From an uncultured delta proteobacterium (GTDB lineage: Bacteria; Desulfobacterota; Binatia; Binatales; Binataceae), in NCBI GenBank assembly GCA_963794325.1, contig CAWCDG010000006.1, positions 83,179-147,178 on the forward strand: a DNA stretch of 64,000 bases. Direction: 5' to 3'. Shown here one piece after another: positions 18,074 through 26,280 of the stretch (positions are counted from its first letter, which is position 1; every line of letters starts with the position of its first letter). The translations under genes and the position numbers were made by a program. The notes under the pieces are model-generated. The model was not told where the DNA came from. It searched no databases and saw only the letters and a program-made list of their open reading frames with translations.

Positions 18074-18595
18074 CACGAATTCCCTGCGCTATTTGCCCGC
18101 CTCGCCTCTTTCGGGTTGTCTTCATGTGACTGTGGCACCCCTTATTGTTGGCGACATCTGCTTCGAGATCGCGGTGGTCAGCGTATTTGCTGGTGAGGGG
18201 TGCCGGACACTGCTAAACTCCTTGATGCCTAGCCTTGATATCACGTGTCCTTCTGTATAGCTGGTCTGCAATAGATGACCGGCTGAAGGACAGCTCGCGA
18301 TGTAAAAAGATGCTTAAATCTAACATACTGATAATTAATGTAGTAAGACTGACGAATTAGGTCAAGAACCGATGGTAGCAGCTATGCTACTTTTTGTAGA
18401 AGAAACTATCGATTTGCAGGCATTAGGGGAGGGCCGATCGAAGTAACCAATCTAATACTAGAGCAGTGTCAATAACGAATAGACATAAATTCAGTCTCTT
18501 CGTAGGGTCATCGGGCCAAAGCATAGCATTAACAGGCGTTTAGCCTTCGTAACCGGCAAATATCCGCGTCCGTATTCAAGGCAGGAGAGACGCTT

Positions 18596-18811
18596 ATGAA
18601 AATCTACACAACCGTAATTGCCGCGATGTTTGGGCTCCTGATGATGGCGATGCCGAATATCGCCTCCGCCGAGGTGTTCGTTCGACCCGTGCATCCTGTC
18701 GTAGTTCAACGGGTGGTGGAGCAGGCTCCGTTCACGACTATCGAGTACTACCGGCCGTGGGCATGCGCGAATCCGCGGTACCGCCATCATCATTGGTGGA
18801 GATGCCACTAA
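18596..18811 (+). CDS. Small secreted protein with C-terminal C-x-N-P-x-Y-R-HHH-WW-x-C motif
   Basis: AGGAG RBS; signal peptide ending ASA-E; downstream terminator. Confidence 0.8.
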   Translation: MKIYTTVIAAMFGLLMMAMPNIASAEVFVRPVHPVVVQRVVEQAPFTTIEYYRPWACANPRYRHHHWWRCH

Positions 18812-18843
18812 ACTGACTACGCTCCGTCGTAGTCAATCAAACG

Positions 18844-18876
18844 GAGACGCGGGCGGAAAAGGCACCGCCCGCTCTC
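18844..18876. terminator. Hairpin between convergent genes
   Basis: gcgggcgg-aaaaggca-ccgcccgc. Confidence 0.55.
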
Positions 18877-18886
18877 TCTCCAGAAT

Positions 18887-19123
18887 CTACCGCTCCCGTA
18901 GCCTTTCGATTTGGAACTGGTGCGACAGCGATGTCATCATCGCCTCGATTTCGTCGCGCGAGTCCGCCGAGAAGTAGATCCTCAAATGGTGACGCACGGG
19001 ATCTTCGGTCCGGAGCGTCGCGAGATTGTCGTAGGACTCGACGATCGACTTGAAGAGCACGATCTGCTCGGGGGGTATCGCGATCAGCATCGAGGCTATC
19101 GTCGGCGTCGTTTTCTGGCTCAT
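18887..19123 (-). CDS. Small conserved protein, DUF4911-like
   Basis: FKSIVESYDNLATLRTEDP pattern. Confidence 0.7.
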   Translation of the reverse strand: MSQKTTPTIASMLIAIPPEQIVLFKSIVESYDNLATLRTEDPVRHHLRIYFSADSRDEIEAMMTSLSHQFQIERLRER

Positions 19124-19161
19124 GGTTTACTGCGTGCTCCGCGAGCCCTACATTCTAGCCG

Positions 19162-20046
19162 ATGACGCTGCCGCGGGTCTTGTTCGTAACCGGCAAAGGC
19201 GGAACCGGCAAGAGTACGGTTGCCGCCGCGCTCGCACTTGCCCTGTCGCGGCGGCGTCCAACCACGCTGGCCGACCTGGATTGGAGGCTGTCGGCGGCCG
19301 CGGCGCTTGGCGCGATTCCACAGAACTCGACCGCGGTCAAAGTTACTGATTCGCTCGACGTGATCGCACTGGCGGCCAGCGCCGAGCTCGAGGCGTTCAT
19401 CGAGCGTATCGTGCCGATTCGCGCCATCTCCCGCCGGATGCTCGGCAGCCGCACCTTCGGCTACGTCACGGCGGCGCTGCCGGGGCTCGAGGCTTTCCTG
19501 CTTCTGGAACGGCTCCGGATAATGGCGGGAGACGCGGCGCTCGAGGATCGCTATCTAGTGATCGACGCGCCCGCGTCGGGCAGCGCGGTCGAGCTGCTCT
19601 CGGTCTCGTCGGGCGTCAGGAACATCGCGCCGGTCGGCACGCTGAACCGGCTGGCGGACTCGATCGACAGCTTTTTGAGAGACGTGACGCGCTTCGGGGT
19701 CGTGATCACTACGACGCCGGAAGATCTTGCGGTGCGCGAGGCGCTCGAGACCGCTGCGACGATTCGCGATCGGCTGGGAGTTGCAACCGTCGCGGCGATA
19801 ATGAACTGCGTTCCCGATTTGCTCTTCGACACTTCGGAACTCGCTGCGATGAGTCCGCTGCCAGGCCACGCCCGCCTGGCGGTGCGCCGAAACTGCGCGC
19901 ATGAGAATGCGGCGCTGGTCGCGCCTCGGTTCGCCGACGCGGGTATCCCGACCGTCAATCTACCGATGATGTTCACGCCAGCGATTGGCCATCGCGAGCT
20001 CGAGAAGCTCGGCCGCGTGCTCGACGCGAAGCTGCTCGACCGATGA
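19162..20046 (+). CDS. ArsA/GET3-related P-loop ATPase
   Basis: FVTGKGGTGKST, PGLE and IDAPASG. Confidence 0.88.
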   Translation: MTLPRVLFVTGKGGTGKSTVAAALALALSRRRPTTLADLDWRLSAAAALGAIPQNSTAVKVTDSLDVIALAASAELEAFIERIVPIRAISRRMLGSRTFGYVTAALPGLEAFLLLERLRIMAGDAALEDRYLVIDAPASGSAVELLSVSSGVRNIAPVGTLNRLADSIDSFLRDVTRFGVVITTTPEDLAVREALETAATIRDRLGVATVAAIMNCVPDLLFDTSELAAMSPLPGHARLAVRRNCAHENAALVAPRFADAGIPTVNLPMMFTPAIGHRELEKLGRVLDAKLLDR

Positions 20047-21134
20047 AGGGGCTGGACCTGCATGCGCAGAGCCTCGTGATCTGCCTGGGACCCGGCGGTG
20101 TCGGCAAGACCACTATCAGCGCCGCGCTCGCCGTCCGCGCCGCGGTTCTCGGATCCGCTGTCGATGTGATGACAGTAGATCCCGCGCCGCGCCTGCTCGA
20201 CGCGCTCGGACTCGACGCGGATTCATCCGAACCGGTCGACGTCCATCTCGACGGCATGCGCCACCGGTCCAGGCGCGCGCGCCTCCGCGCGTTGCGGCTG
20301 GATCCGAAACGCACCTTCGATTCGATCATCACGCGCTACGCGCTGTCGGACGGGGCGCGCGACACGATTCTCGAGAATCGAATCTATCGCAATCTCTCGG
20401 GCGCGTTGGCCGGCGTTGCGGATTACATGGCGATGGAGAAATTGCTCGAACTGGCGGCCAATCCCGCGACCGACCTGATTGTGGTCGACACACCTCCGGC
20501 GACGGAGGCTATCGACTTTCTCGGCGCACCGCGGCGACTGCTCGACTTGCTCAACTCGCGCGCCGTAAACCTGCTCGGCGCGCCCGCAGGCCTGTTCAAG
20601 AGCCAACTTCGCATCGTGGATATCGCGGCGCGCGCGGTGCTCGCAGCATTCGATCGCGTGACGGGGTTGAACTTGCTGAAGGATGTGCAGTCGTTCGTCC
20701 GCAGTTTCGACGGGATGTACGAAGGCTTTTCGGCGCGCGCCACGCGCGCCCAGGAAAAGCTGCGCGACAAAGACACCGCTATCGTGGTCGTCACGACTGC
20801 GGAATCGAGCCGAATCGAGCAAGCGCGCGAATTTGTCGCCGAGCTGGAGCATGCGGGTTTGCGCGTGTCTGCGATGGTCGTGAATCGGGTGCTCGCAGAG
20901 CTGCCCGACGCCGCCGAACTCGCATCGGCGCATATCGCGCCGTCGCTCAAGAAAAAGTTGAAGCGCAATCTCGCTGACTATTCCGCGCTCAAGAAACGCG
21001 AGGAAGTTTCGCTTGCCGCACTGCGCGAATCACTTCCCGCCGGCAGTGTGCTCATGGTTGCGCCGGACCTCGGCCGCGAACCGCGCACCATTGCTGACCT
21101 GGCCGAAATCGGCCGCAGCATCCGGGCGGCGTAG
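20043..21134 (+). CDS. ArsA/GET3-related ATPase, second subunit
   Basis: CLGPGGVGKTT, TVDPA.RL.DALG and VVDTPP; ATGA overlap with the previous gene. Confidence 0.88.
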   Translation: MKGLDLHAQSLVICLGPGGVGKTTISAALAVRAAVLGSAVDVMTVDPAPRLLDALGLDADSSEPVDVHLDGMRHRSRRARLRALRLDPKRTFDSIITRYALSDGARDTILENRIYRNLSGALAGVADYMAMEKLLELAANPATDLIVVDTPPATEAIDFLGAPRRLLDLLNSRAVNLLGAPAGLFKSQLRIVDIAARAVLAAFDRVTGLNLLKDVQSFVRSFDGMYEGFSARATRAQEKLRDKDTAIVVVTTAESSRIEQAREFVAELEHAGLRVSAMVVNRVLAELPDAAELASAHIAPSLKKKLKRNLADYSALKKREEVSLAALRESLPAGSVLMVAPDLGREPRTIADLAEIGRSIRAA

Positions 21135-21488
21135 TCAGCTCGGCTTCTTCGCGCGACGGACTGCTTTCGTGGGTTTCGCGTTCGCGGGTACGTCCTGATC
21201 GAGAACGCGATCGAGTTTGATGCTGAGGTTCAGCAGTTGCGAGCTCAGGTGATCGAGGCGCGCCTTCAGGTCGCGCACGTCCCGCTTGGACGGAATGTTG
21301 ACGAAGTCGAGCATCTGCTCGACGTTGCGATCGAACGACTGCTTGTTCGCCATGAAACGTTCACCGGCCTTGCCAAAACTCGAGCGCATCCTGTCGTTCG
21401 ACATGATCTCGTTGAAAAAGCCGGTGATGCCTTCTTCGCTCATCTGGCGGAGACGGTCCATCAGGTTGTCATTGTCGCCGCGTGCCAT
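21135..21488 (-). CDS. Phasin/PHA-granule-associated-like coiled-coil protein
   Basis: NIPSKRDVRDLKARLDHL motif; basic tail. Confidence 0.6.
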   Translation of the reverse strand: MARGDNDNLMDRLRQMSEEGITGFFNEIMSNDRMRSSFGKAGERFMANKQSFDRNVEQMLDFVNIPSKRDVRDLKARLDHLSSQLLNLSIKLDRVLDQDVPANAKPTKAVRRAKKPS

Positions 21489-21528
21489 CGATTTCAACTA
21501 TATATAGAGGGTCGCGCCGCGCATACCA

Positions 21529-21822
21529 ATGACCACCATCGCCAGCATTCTCGGTATCGCGTCAGGATTCGCGCTGATGGGGTACCATGAGCCGCCCGCG
21601 AACCTGATCGCGACGTCGATCATTATAAACGTCGCGCTGACTCCACTGACTGGGATCGTCGCGTCACGTCGCGGACGCTCGGCACTTCGATGGATGATTG
21701 CGGGACTTTTGCTGGGGGCATGGGCGCTCGCCGCGGTGATGATTATCCCGGCGCCGAATCGCCCCGCTCCGCCGCCACGTCCCGAGGCTCCGCAGTATCC
21801 TCCTACTTCTCATGCTGCTTGA
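21529..21822 (+). CDS. Small membrane protein
   Basis: Three hydrophobic segments, ASRRGRS.LRW..GLLLG; Pro-rich tail. Confidence 0.65.
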   Translation: MTTIASILGIASGFALMGYHEPPANLIATSIIINVALTPLTGIVASRRGRSALRWMIAGLLLGAWALAAVMIIPAPNRPAPPPRPEAPQYPPTSHAA

Positions 21823-22939
21823 GCCACGCCAGTGTCGGCGCGAAAACCTGACTCTCCGACTTGGTCCCCGCCAACACGTCGAGATGACCCCAGTTGTCGA
21901 GCTTGGTGAATGACGGATCGGGCGCGCCCGTCGATTTCGCCGACTCCTCTACCTGAGTGGGCCAATTCGCGCCGAAGTTGGTGCTGGCGAATGCAATGAC
22001 GGGAATCTTCGACAGTTTGAGCGACGCGATCAGTTCAGGCGTGAACGGATTCTCGGTGTCCTGAACGGCAGGCCAGTAGCGGTCGAAGGCAATTAGCAGT
22101 TTCGCGAGCACGACCGCGTCGGAATAGCCGCCCGGCATATTCGCGAACGCGCCGTTGCCGGGGGGCGCATCGTACATTACGTGTTCCAGGTTTTCGCGCG
22201 CAGTCTTGTACTTGGGAATCGGCGCTGGCTGATCGGGATTGTCGATCACCATCTGCATCAGCGTGTGCCGCTTGTCGTAGGTCAGGTGTTTGCCACCGAC
22301 GTCGACGGCATATTGGCCGGGTGTTCCCGGTTCCACGCGCATCGGATGAGTCGGGATGAATCCGTCGAGCGCGATAATTCCCGCGACGCGTTCGGGATAA
22401 TGCTTCGCGGCAAATAGGTACGCGAACTCGACGCCGCGGCTGAAGCCGGCGACAAAGATTCGACCGCGGCCGGATTTTTCGCTGACGAACTTCGCGGCGG
22501 CGTCGATGTCCGATTCGAAAAGATCGTTGGTCCAGGTTGCGAGCTCGGAAAGATCGCTTTGCGGCGTCTCGGGAGGAATGAAATGGGTGCGATAATCCAT
22601 CGACCACACGTCGATGCCGTGCTCGGCAAGGTAAACCTGGAACGAGTAGCGCGGATCATCGAGGGCCGCTTCGCCGTTCATATTGGTGCCGGGCAGATAA
22701 AGCACGACCGCCTCGGGATGCGCGGGAAGGTTCGGGCCCTTGGCTACGCGATGCAACCCGATTTTGTCGAATGGCGATTTGCCGACAGTCGCCTGGAATG
22801 TCCATTGGTAGATTCCGGGTGCGCCTTTGAGTTCGCGGGCCGCGCCCACTGCTTGAAAGTCAGCCGCCGATGCGACCGTCGCAATGAGAAGAAGCAGTGC
22901 TGCGGATAGGTGGAAGGAGATGCGTCGTCGAATCTTCAT
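21803..22939 (-). CDS. Secreted alpha/beta hydrolase
   Basis: Signal peptide; YLPG, GFSRG nucleophile elbow and WGHLD; the longer ORF start derives from repeat B. Confidence 0.85.
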   Translation of the reverse strand: MKIRRRISFHLSAALLLLIATVASAADFQAVGAARELKGAPGIYQWTFQATVGKSPFDKIGLHRVAKGPNLPAHPEAVVLYLPGTNMNGEAALDDPRYSFQVYLAEHGIDVWSMDYRTHFIPPETPQSDLSELATWTNDLFESDIDAAAKFVSEKSGRGRIFVAGFSRGVEFAYLFAAKHYPERVAGIIALDGFIPTHPMRVEPGTPGQYAVDVGGKHLTYDKRHTLMQMVIDNPDQPAPIPKYKTARENLEHVMYDAPPGNGAFANMPGGYSDAVVLAKLLIAFDRYWPAVQDTENPFTPELIASLKLSKIPVIAFASTNFGANWPTQVEESAKSTGAPDPSFTKLDNWGHLDVLAGTKSESQVFAPTLAWLKQHEK

Positions 22940-22995
22940 AGAGCTAATCCTGTCCACGAATTTGCATCGCCGCACAAGTGCGCGGGTGGATGCGT

Positions 22996-23043
22996 GCAAC
23001 CTAACCCCTAACCCCTTCCCTCGAGGGAAGGGGAACAATCGCG
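22996..23043 (+). repeat. Family B repeat
   Basis: gcaacctaacccctaaccccttccctcgagggaaggggaacaatcgcg, identical to 59274-59321. Confidence 0.93.
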
Positions 23044-23166
23044 GGAAATGAGTCGCTCAATTCTGGTTCGCGGAGGAAACCACTGCGAGGTTGACCCTTT
23101 GCGGGTTAGCATGCGAAACAGAAGCGTCAGGTTCACTCGTCAATCACGTACGGGAGATAGATTTCG

Positions 23167-24087
23167 ATGAGCAAGAAAATCCAATTCGCTTTGTTCTCTC
23201 CGCAGGCCGGACAGTCGTGGCATCAGCTCGAAGAACGGGCGCATCGATGCGAGAAACTTGGGTTCCATTCGATGTGGCTGGTCGATCATATGTGGACGCG
23301 CGGGATGCCCGATCTCGACCATCATGAATGCATGGCGCTAATGGCGGGGCTGTCGGCCAAGACCGACAAACTTCGCATCGGCACGATGGTCATCTGCAAC
23401 AACTACCGCAATCCTGCGCTGCTGGCGAAATCGCTCGCGACCATCGATCACATCAGCAACGGCCGTCTCGAGATCGGCTACGGCGCCGGATGGATGGACG
23501 AGGAGTACAAGGCGTACGGCTACGAGTTTCCGTCGATGGGCACGCGGCTCAAGATGTTCGAGGAAGGCCTCCATATAATGAAACTGATGTTCACCGAGAA
23601 GCGCGCGACGTTTGAGGGGCGCCATTACTCGATCAAGGAGGCGATCTGCAATCCGAAGCCGGTGCAGCAGCCGCATCCACCGATTACGATTGGCGGCAGC
23701 GGCGAAAAGATCATGCTGAAGCTGGTCGCGCGATTCGCCGACCGATGGAATTGTCCGGCCGGCTACGAAAGTTTCGAGCACAAGTTCAACGTGCTCAAGG
23801 CGCATTGCAAGGACGTCGGGCGCGACGTGAACACGATCGACATCTCGGAGCAGTTGCTGGTTTGCATCGGGCAGAACGACGCCGAGGTCGAGGCGAAGTG
23901 GAAATCGGCGCAGATGCTCAAGCCGTTCGTAAGCACCGGAATCAAAGGCACGCCGGAGCAGCTGATCGAGCAGCTCAAACAGCGGGTGGCGATGGGAATC
24001 ACGACGTTCGTGATCTTCTTCAGCGACTTCGCGCCGCCGCCGACGCTCGAATTGTTCGCGAAGGAAGTGATGCCGGCATTTGCGTAA
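23167..24087 (+). CDS. LLM-class oxidoreductase, probably F420-dependent type
   Basis: WLVDH, CNNYRNPALLAK…DHISNGRLE.G.GAGW and PKPVQQPHPPI.IGG.GE. Confidence 0.9.
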   Translation: MSKKIQFALFSPQAGQSWHQLEERAHRCEKLGFHSMWLVDHMWTRGMPDLDHHECMALMAGLSAKTDKLRIGTMVICNNYRNPALLAKSLATIDHISNGRLEIGYGAGWMDEEYKAYGYEFPSMGTRLKMFEEGLHIMKLMFTEKRATFEGRHYSIKEAICNPKPVQQPHPPITIGGSGEKIMLKLVARFADRWNCPAGYESFEHKFNVLKAHCKDVGRDVNTIDISEQLLVCIGQNDAEVEAKWKSAQMLKPFVSTGIKGTPEQLIEQLKQRVAMGITTFVIFFSDFAPPPTLELFAKEVMPAFA

Positions 24088-24120
24088 GAAGTTTGTATCG
24101 CGAAATGGACCGGCACTAGA

Positions 24121-25125
24121 TTGGATCAACAGAGACTCACCGAATATCTGAAGCGGCGGATGCCGCATGCGCGCGAGCATCGGGTGGCCGGCCTCAAGCG
24201 GATCTCCGGCGGATCGTCGCGCGAGACCTACGCGTTCGACCTGGAATGGAGCGAAGGCGGCGAGACGCGCACCCGCCCGATGATTGGGAGGCGCGATCCG
24301 ACTGGAGGGTTGCTCAAGTCGGATCGCGAGCGGGAGTTCAAAGTGATCGAGGCGGTGCATCGCGCGGGCCTCAAGGTTCCGGAGCCGCTGTTCCTGGAGC
24401 TCGATGCGAGCGTGATGGACCGGCCGTTCTTCATCATGCATCGCGCGGCGGGCCGTACTGGAATGGGAGCGTTTGCCGCCACCGAGCCCGAATCTCTCCG
24501 CGCGAAGGTCGCAGACGACTTCCTCAGCGAGTTGGCGCGACTGCAATCGCTCGACTACCGGGAATGCGGTCTCGAGATTCTTGGAGCTCCGACAAGTCTC
24601 GACGCACCGGCCCGCATCCAGGCCGCGCATTGGAACGACATTTATGAGCGCGATCGGATGGGCGAGCACTATCCGATTCTCGACGCGGCGTTCGCGTGGC
24701 TGAAGGCCAATCCCGTCGTGAGCGACCGCATCGTGATCGTGCATGGCGACTATCGCTCGGGGAACTATTTGTACGACGAGAACGGAATCATCGCGACGCT
24801 CGATTGGGAGATGGCCCATCTCGGCGACCCGATGGAGGATCTCGGGTGGGCGTCGATGACGTTCTGGGGACGCGAGGAGTTGGCGGGCGGACTGACGGAG
24901 CGCGAGGCGTTCTACCGGCTGTACGAACATAAGTCCGGCCATGCAGTGGACCGCGCGCGCCTGTTCTTTTACCAGGTGCTCGGCAACGCGAAGATGGCCG
25001 TGATCTGCCTGACTGGAATCCGCGACTTCGTCGAGCAACGCACATCGGACGCGGTGATGCCGTTTCTCGAACTGCTGCTGCCGGCATTGTTCGAGGACCT
25101 GGCCAACCAACTCCGATTGGTCTGA
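24121..25125 (+). CDS. Phosphotransferase family (APH/ACAD10-like) protein
   Basis: GGSSRET, HGDYRSGN and LDWEMAHLGDP.EDL. Confidence 0.9.
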   Translation: MDQQRLTEYLKRRMPHAREHRVAGLKRISGGSSRETYAFDLEWSEGGETRTRPMIGRRDPTGGLLKSDREREFKVIEAVHRAGLKVPEPLFLELDASVMDRPFFIMHRAAGRTGMGAFAATEPESLRAKVADDFLSELARLQSLDYRECGLEILGAPTSLDAPARIQAAHWNDIYERDRMGEHYPILDAAFAWLKANPVVSDRIVIVHGDYRSGNYLYDENGIIATLDWEMAHLGDPMEDLGWASMTFWGREELAGGLTEREAFYRLYEHKSGHAVDRARLFFYQVLGNAKMAVICLTGIRDFVEQRTSDAVMPFLELLLPALFEDLANQLRLV

Positions 25126-25134
25126 GGTGATGAG

Positions 25135-25587
25135 ATGTTCCGGCCGACGTTGAATGAACTCATCAGCGGAATGCAGCGCACGATCATGGAGGCGCTGATG
25201 CCTGAGCTCACCTCGCCATATGCGCAGGGGCAGGCGATGTCGGCGATCGGGATGCTCGCGCATGCGGCGGCGGTGCTCGATTCGGCGCCCGCCTACGACG
25301 CTGCCGAGATAAAGGATCTGCGTGCGACATTCGCGGCGCTGAAACGGATCGGCGACAAGCACATCTCGAAAAAAGGCGGCCTTCGCGGCGCGCTCGCACG
25401 CGCAACTCGCGCCGCTGCGAAGAGTCCGCCGGATCGCCGCGAGATGGAAGCTGCGATGTCCGTGTTCGCGACGGTCGTCGCTCTCGGCAACGCCGACGAC
25501 AGAGTCGCGCGACAGGTCCGCGGCTACCTCAAGCGCCACCTCGAGCGCTCGCGCAACCTGCTCGGCAATTTCTTGCCGAACGCCTGA
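25135..25587 (+). CDS. Helical hypothetical protein, partner of the phosphotransferase
   Basis: GAGG RBS; N-terminal RPT..EL pattern; operonic spacing. Confidence 0.7.
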   Translation: MFRPTLNELISGMQRTIMEALMPELTSPYAQGQAMSAIGMLAHAAAVLDSAPAYDAAEIKDLRATFAALKRIGDKHISKKGGLRGALARATRAAAKSPPDRREMEAAMSVFATVVALGNADDRVARQVRGYLKRHLERSRNLLGNFLPNA

Positions 25588-25903
25588 CGCATTAGATACG
25601 CAGCAATCCTGAGCAAGCCTCGAGGCCTGCTCTATCTTGCGCAATAAGACGCTATCTCTAGCCATCATTGGCAGCTTTCAAGTCAGCCTGCTCGTGCCAA
25701 GGCTTCTTGCGCACGAAAATCAATGAGAGTAGATTGCGTAAAGTTAATTAGGGTTGCGATACGGTTCATTAGCTAAGAGTATAAAAGGACCACTAACTGT
25801 ATGTGGCGGTCTTGCTACAAATAGTTAGAAGCTCTAATGTGGACCGTAGGCGCGAGGTTGGGCAATTCAGAGTTGCCGCAGAAAAGACTGCGAGGATAAA
25901 ACC

Positions 25904-26182
25904 ATGAGCGTCGTTATCATTCCCACACCCGGAACGACCGGCGGCCCATGCCGCGGATCCTGCGATCATGCCAAGTGTCACACGCTGCGCGCGATGGCGG
26001 ACGAGCGATGCCATCACTGTGGCGTCCGGTTTGGTTTCGGCACCAGGATAACCGGCGAGCCGTCGCTGCATCTGCGATGCGCTCAGTCTGTCGCGGCGCG
26101 CGATGGCGCACCGGCCACTCATCCCATCAATGATCCGGCCGCAGCCCACAACGTCCCGAGTCATCACGGCGACAAGCACTAG
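25904..26182 (+). CDS. Small Cys/His-rich putative metal-binding protein
   Basis: GAGGA RBS; C-x3-C-x-H-x2-C … C-x2-C … H-x2-C. Confidence 0.65.
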   Translation: MSVVIIPTPGTTGGPCRGSCDHAKCHTLRAMADERCHHCGVRFGFGTRITGEPSLHLRCAQSVAARDGAPATHPINDPAAAHNVPSHHGDKH

Positions 26183-26280
26183 ATCCCTTTCGATTTCATA
26201 TTCGATTTGACTGTCAGCACGCCGGCGCGATCGCCGGCGCGCGCTTGACACTCTCGCCGCCTGCGCGCTACCGCTCTGAC

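Noticed and set aside
12960-18595. Prophage or integrative element explaining the low-GC island
   Set aside because: No integrase, tRNA, att-like direct repeats or phage genes seen.
19162-21134. Arsenic-resistance operon
   Set aside because: No arsR, arsB/acr3, arsC or arsD nearby.
22996-23015. TAACCCC tandem as a telomere-like or eukaryotic sequence
   Set aside because: Only two units, always embedded in the family B repeat within bacterial genes.
22940-23038. N-terminal extensions containing FPFPRGKGLGVR (also in ORFs 58654 and 58765-59511)
   Set aside because: Translation of repeat family B; better starts lie downstream.
23338-25668. 776-aa minus-strand ORF
   Set aside because: Antisense to the LLM/kinase operon; no recognisable domain.
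25683-25700. TTGGCACGAGCAGGC (minus strand) as a sigma-54 promoter
   Set aside because: GG-GC spacing is 9 rather than 10, and it points into the end of a convergent gene.
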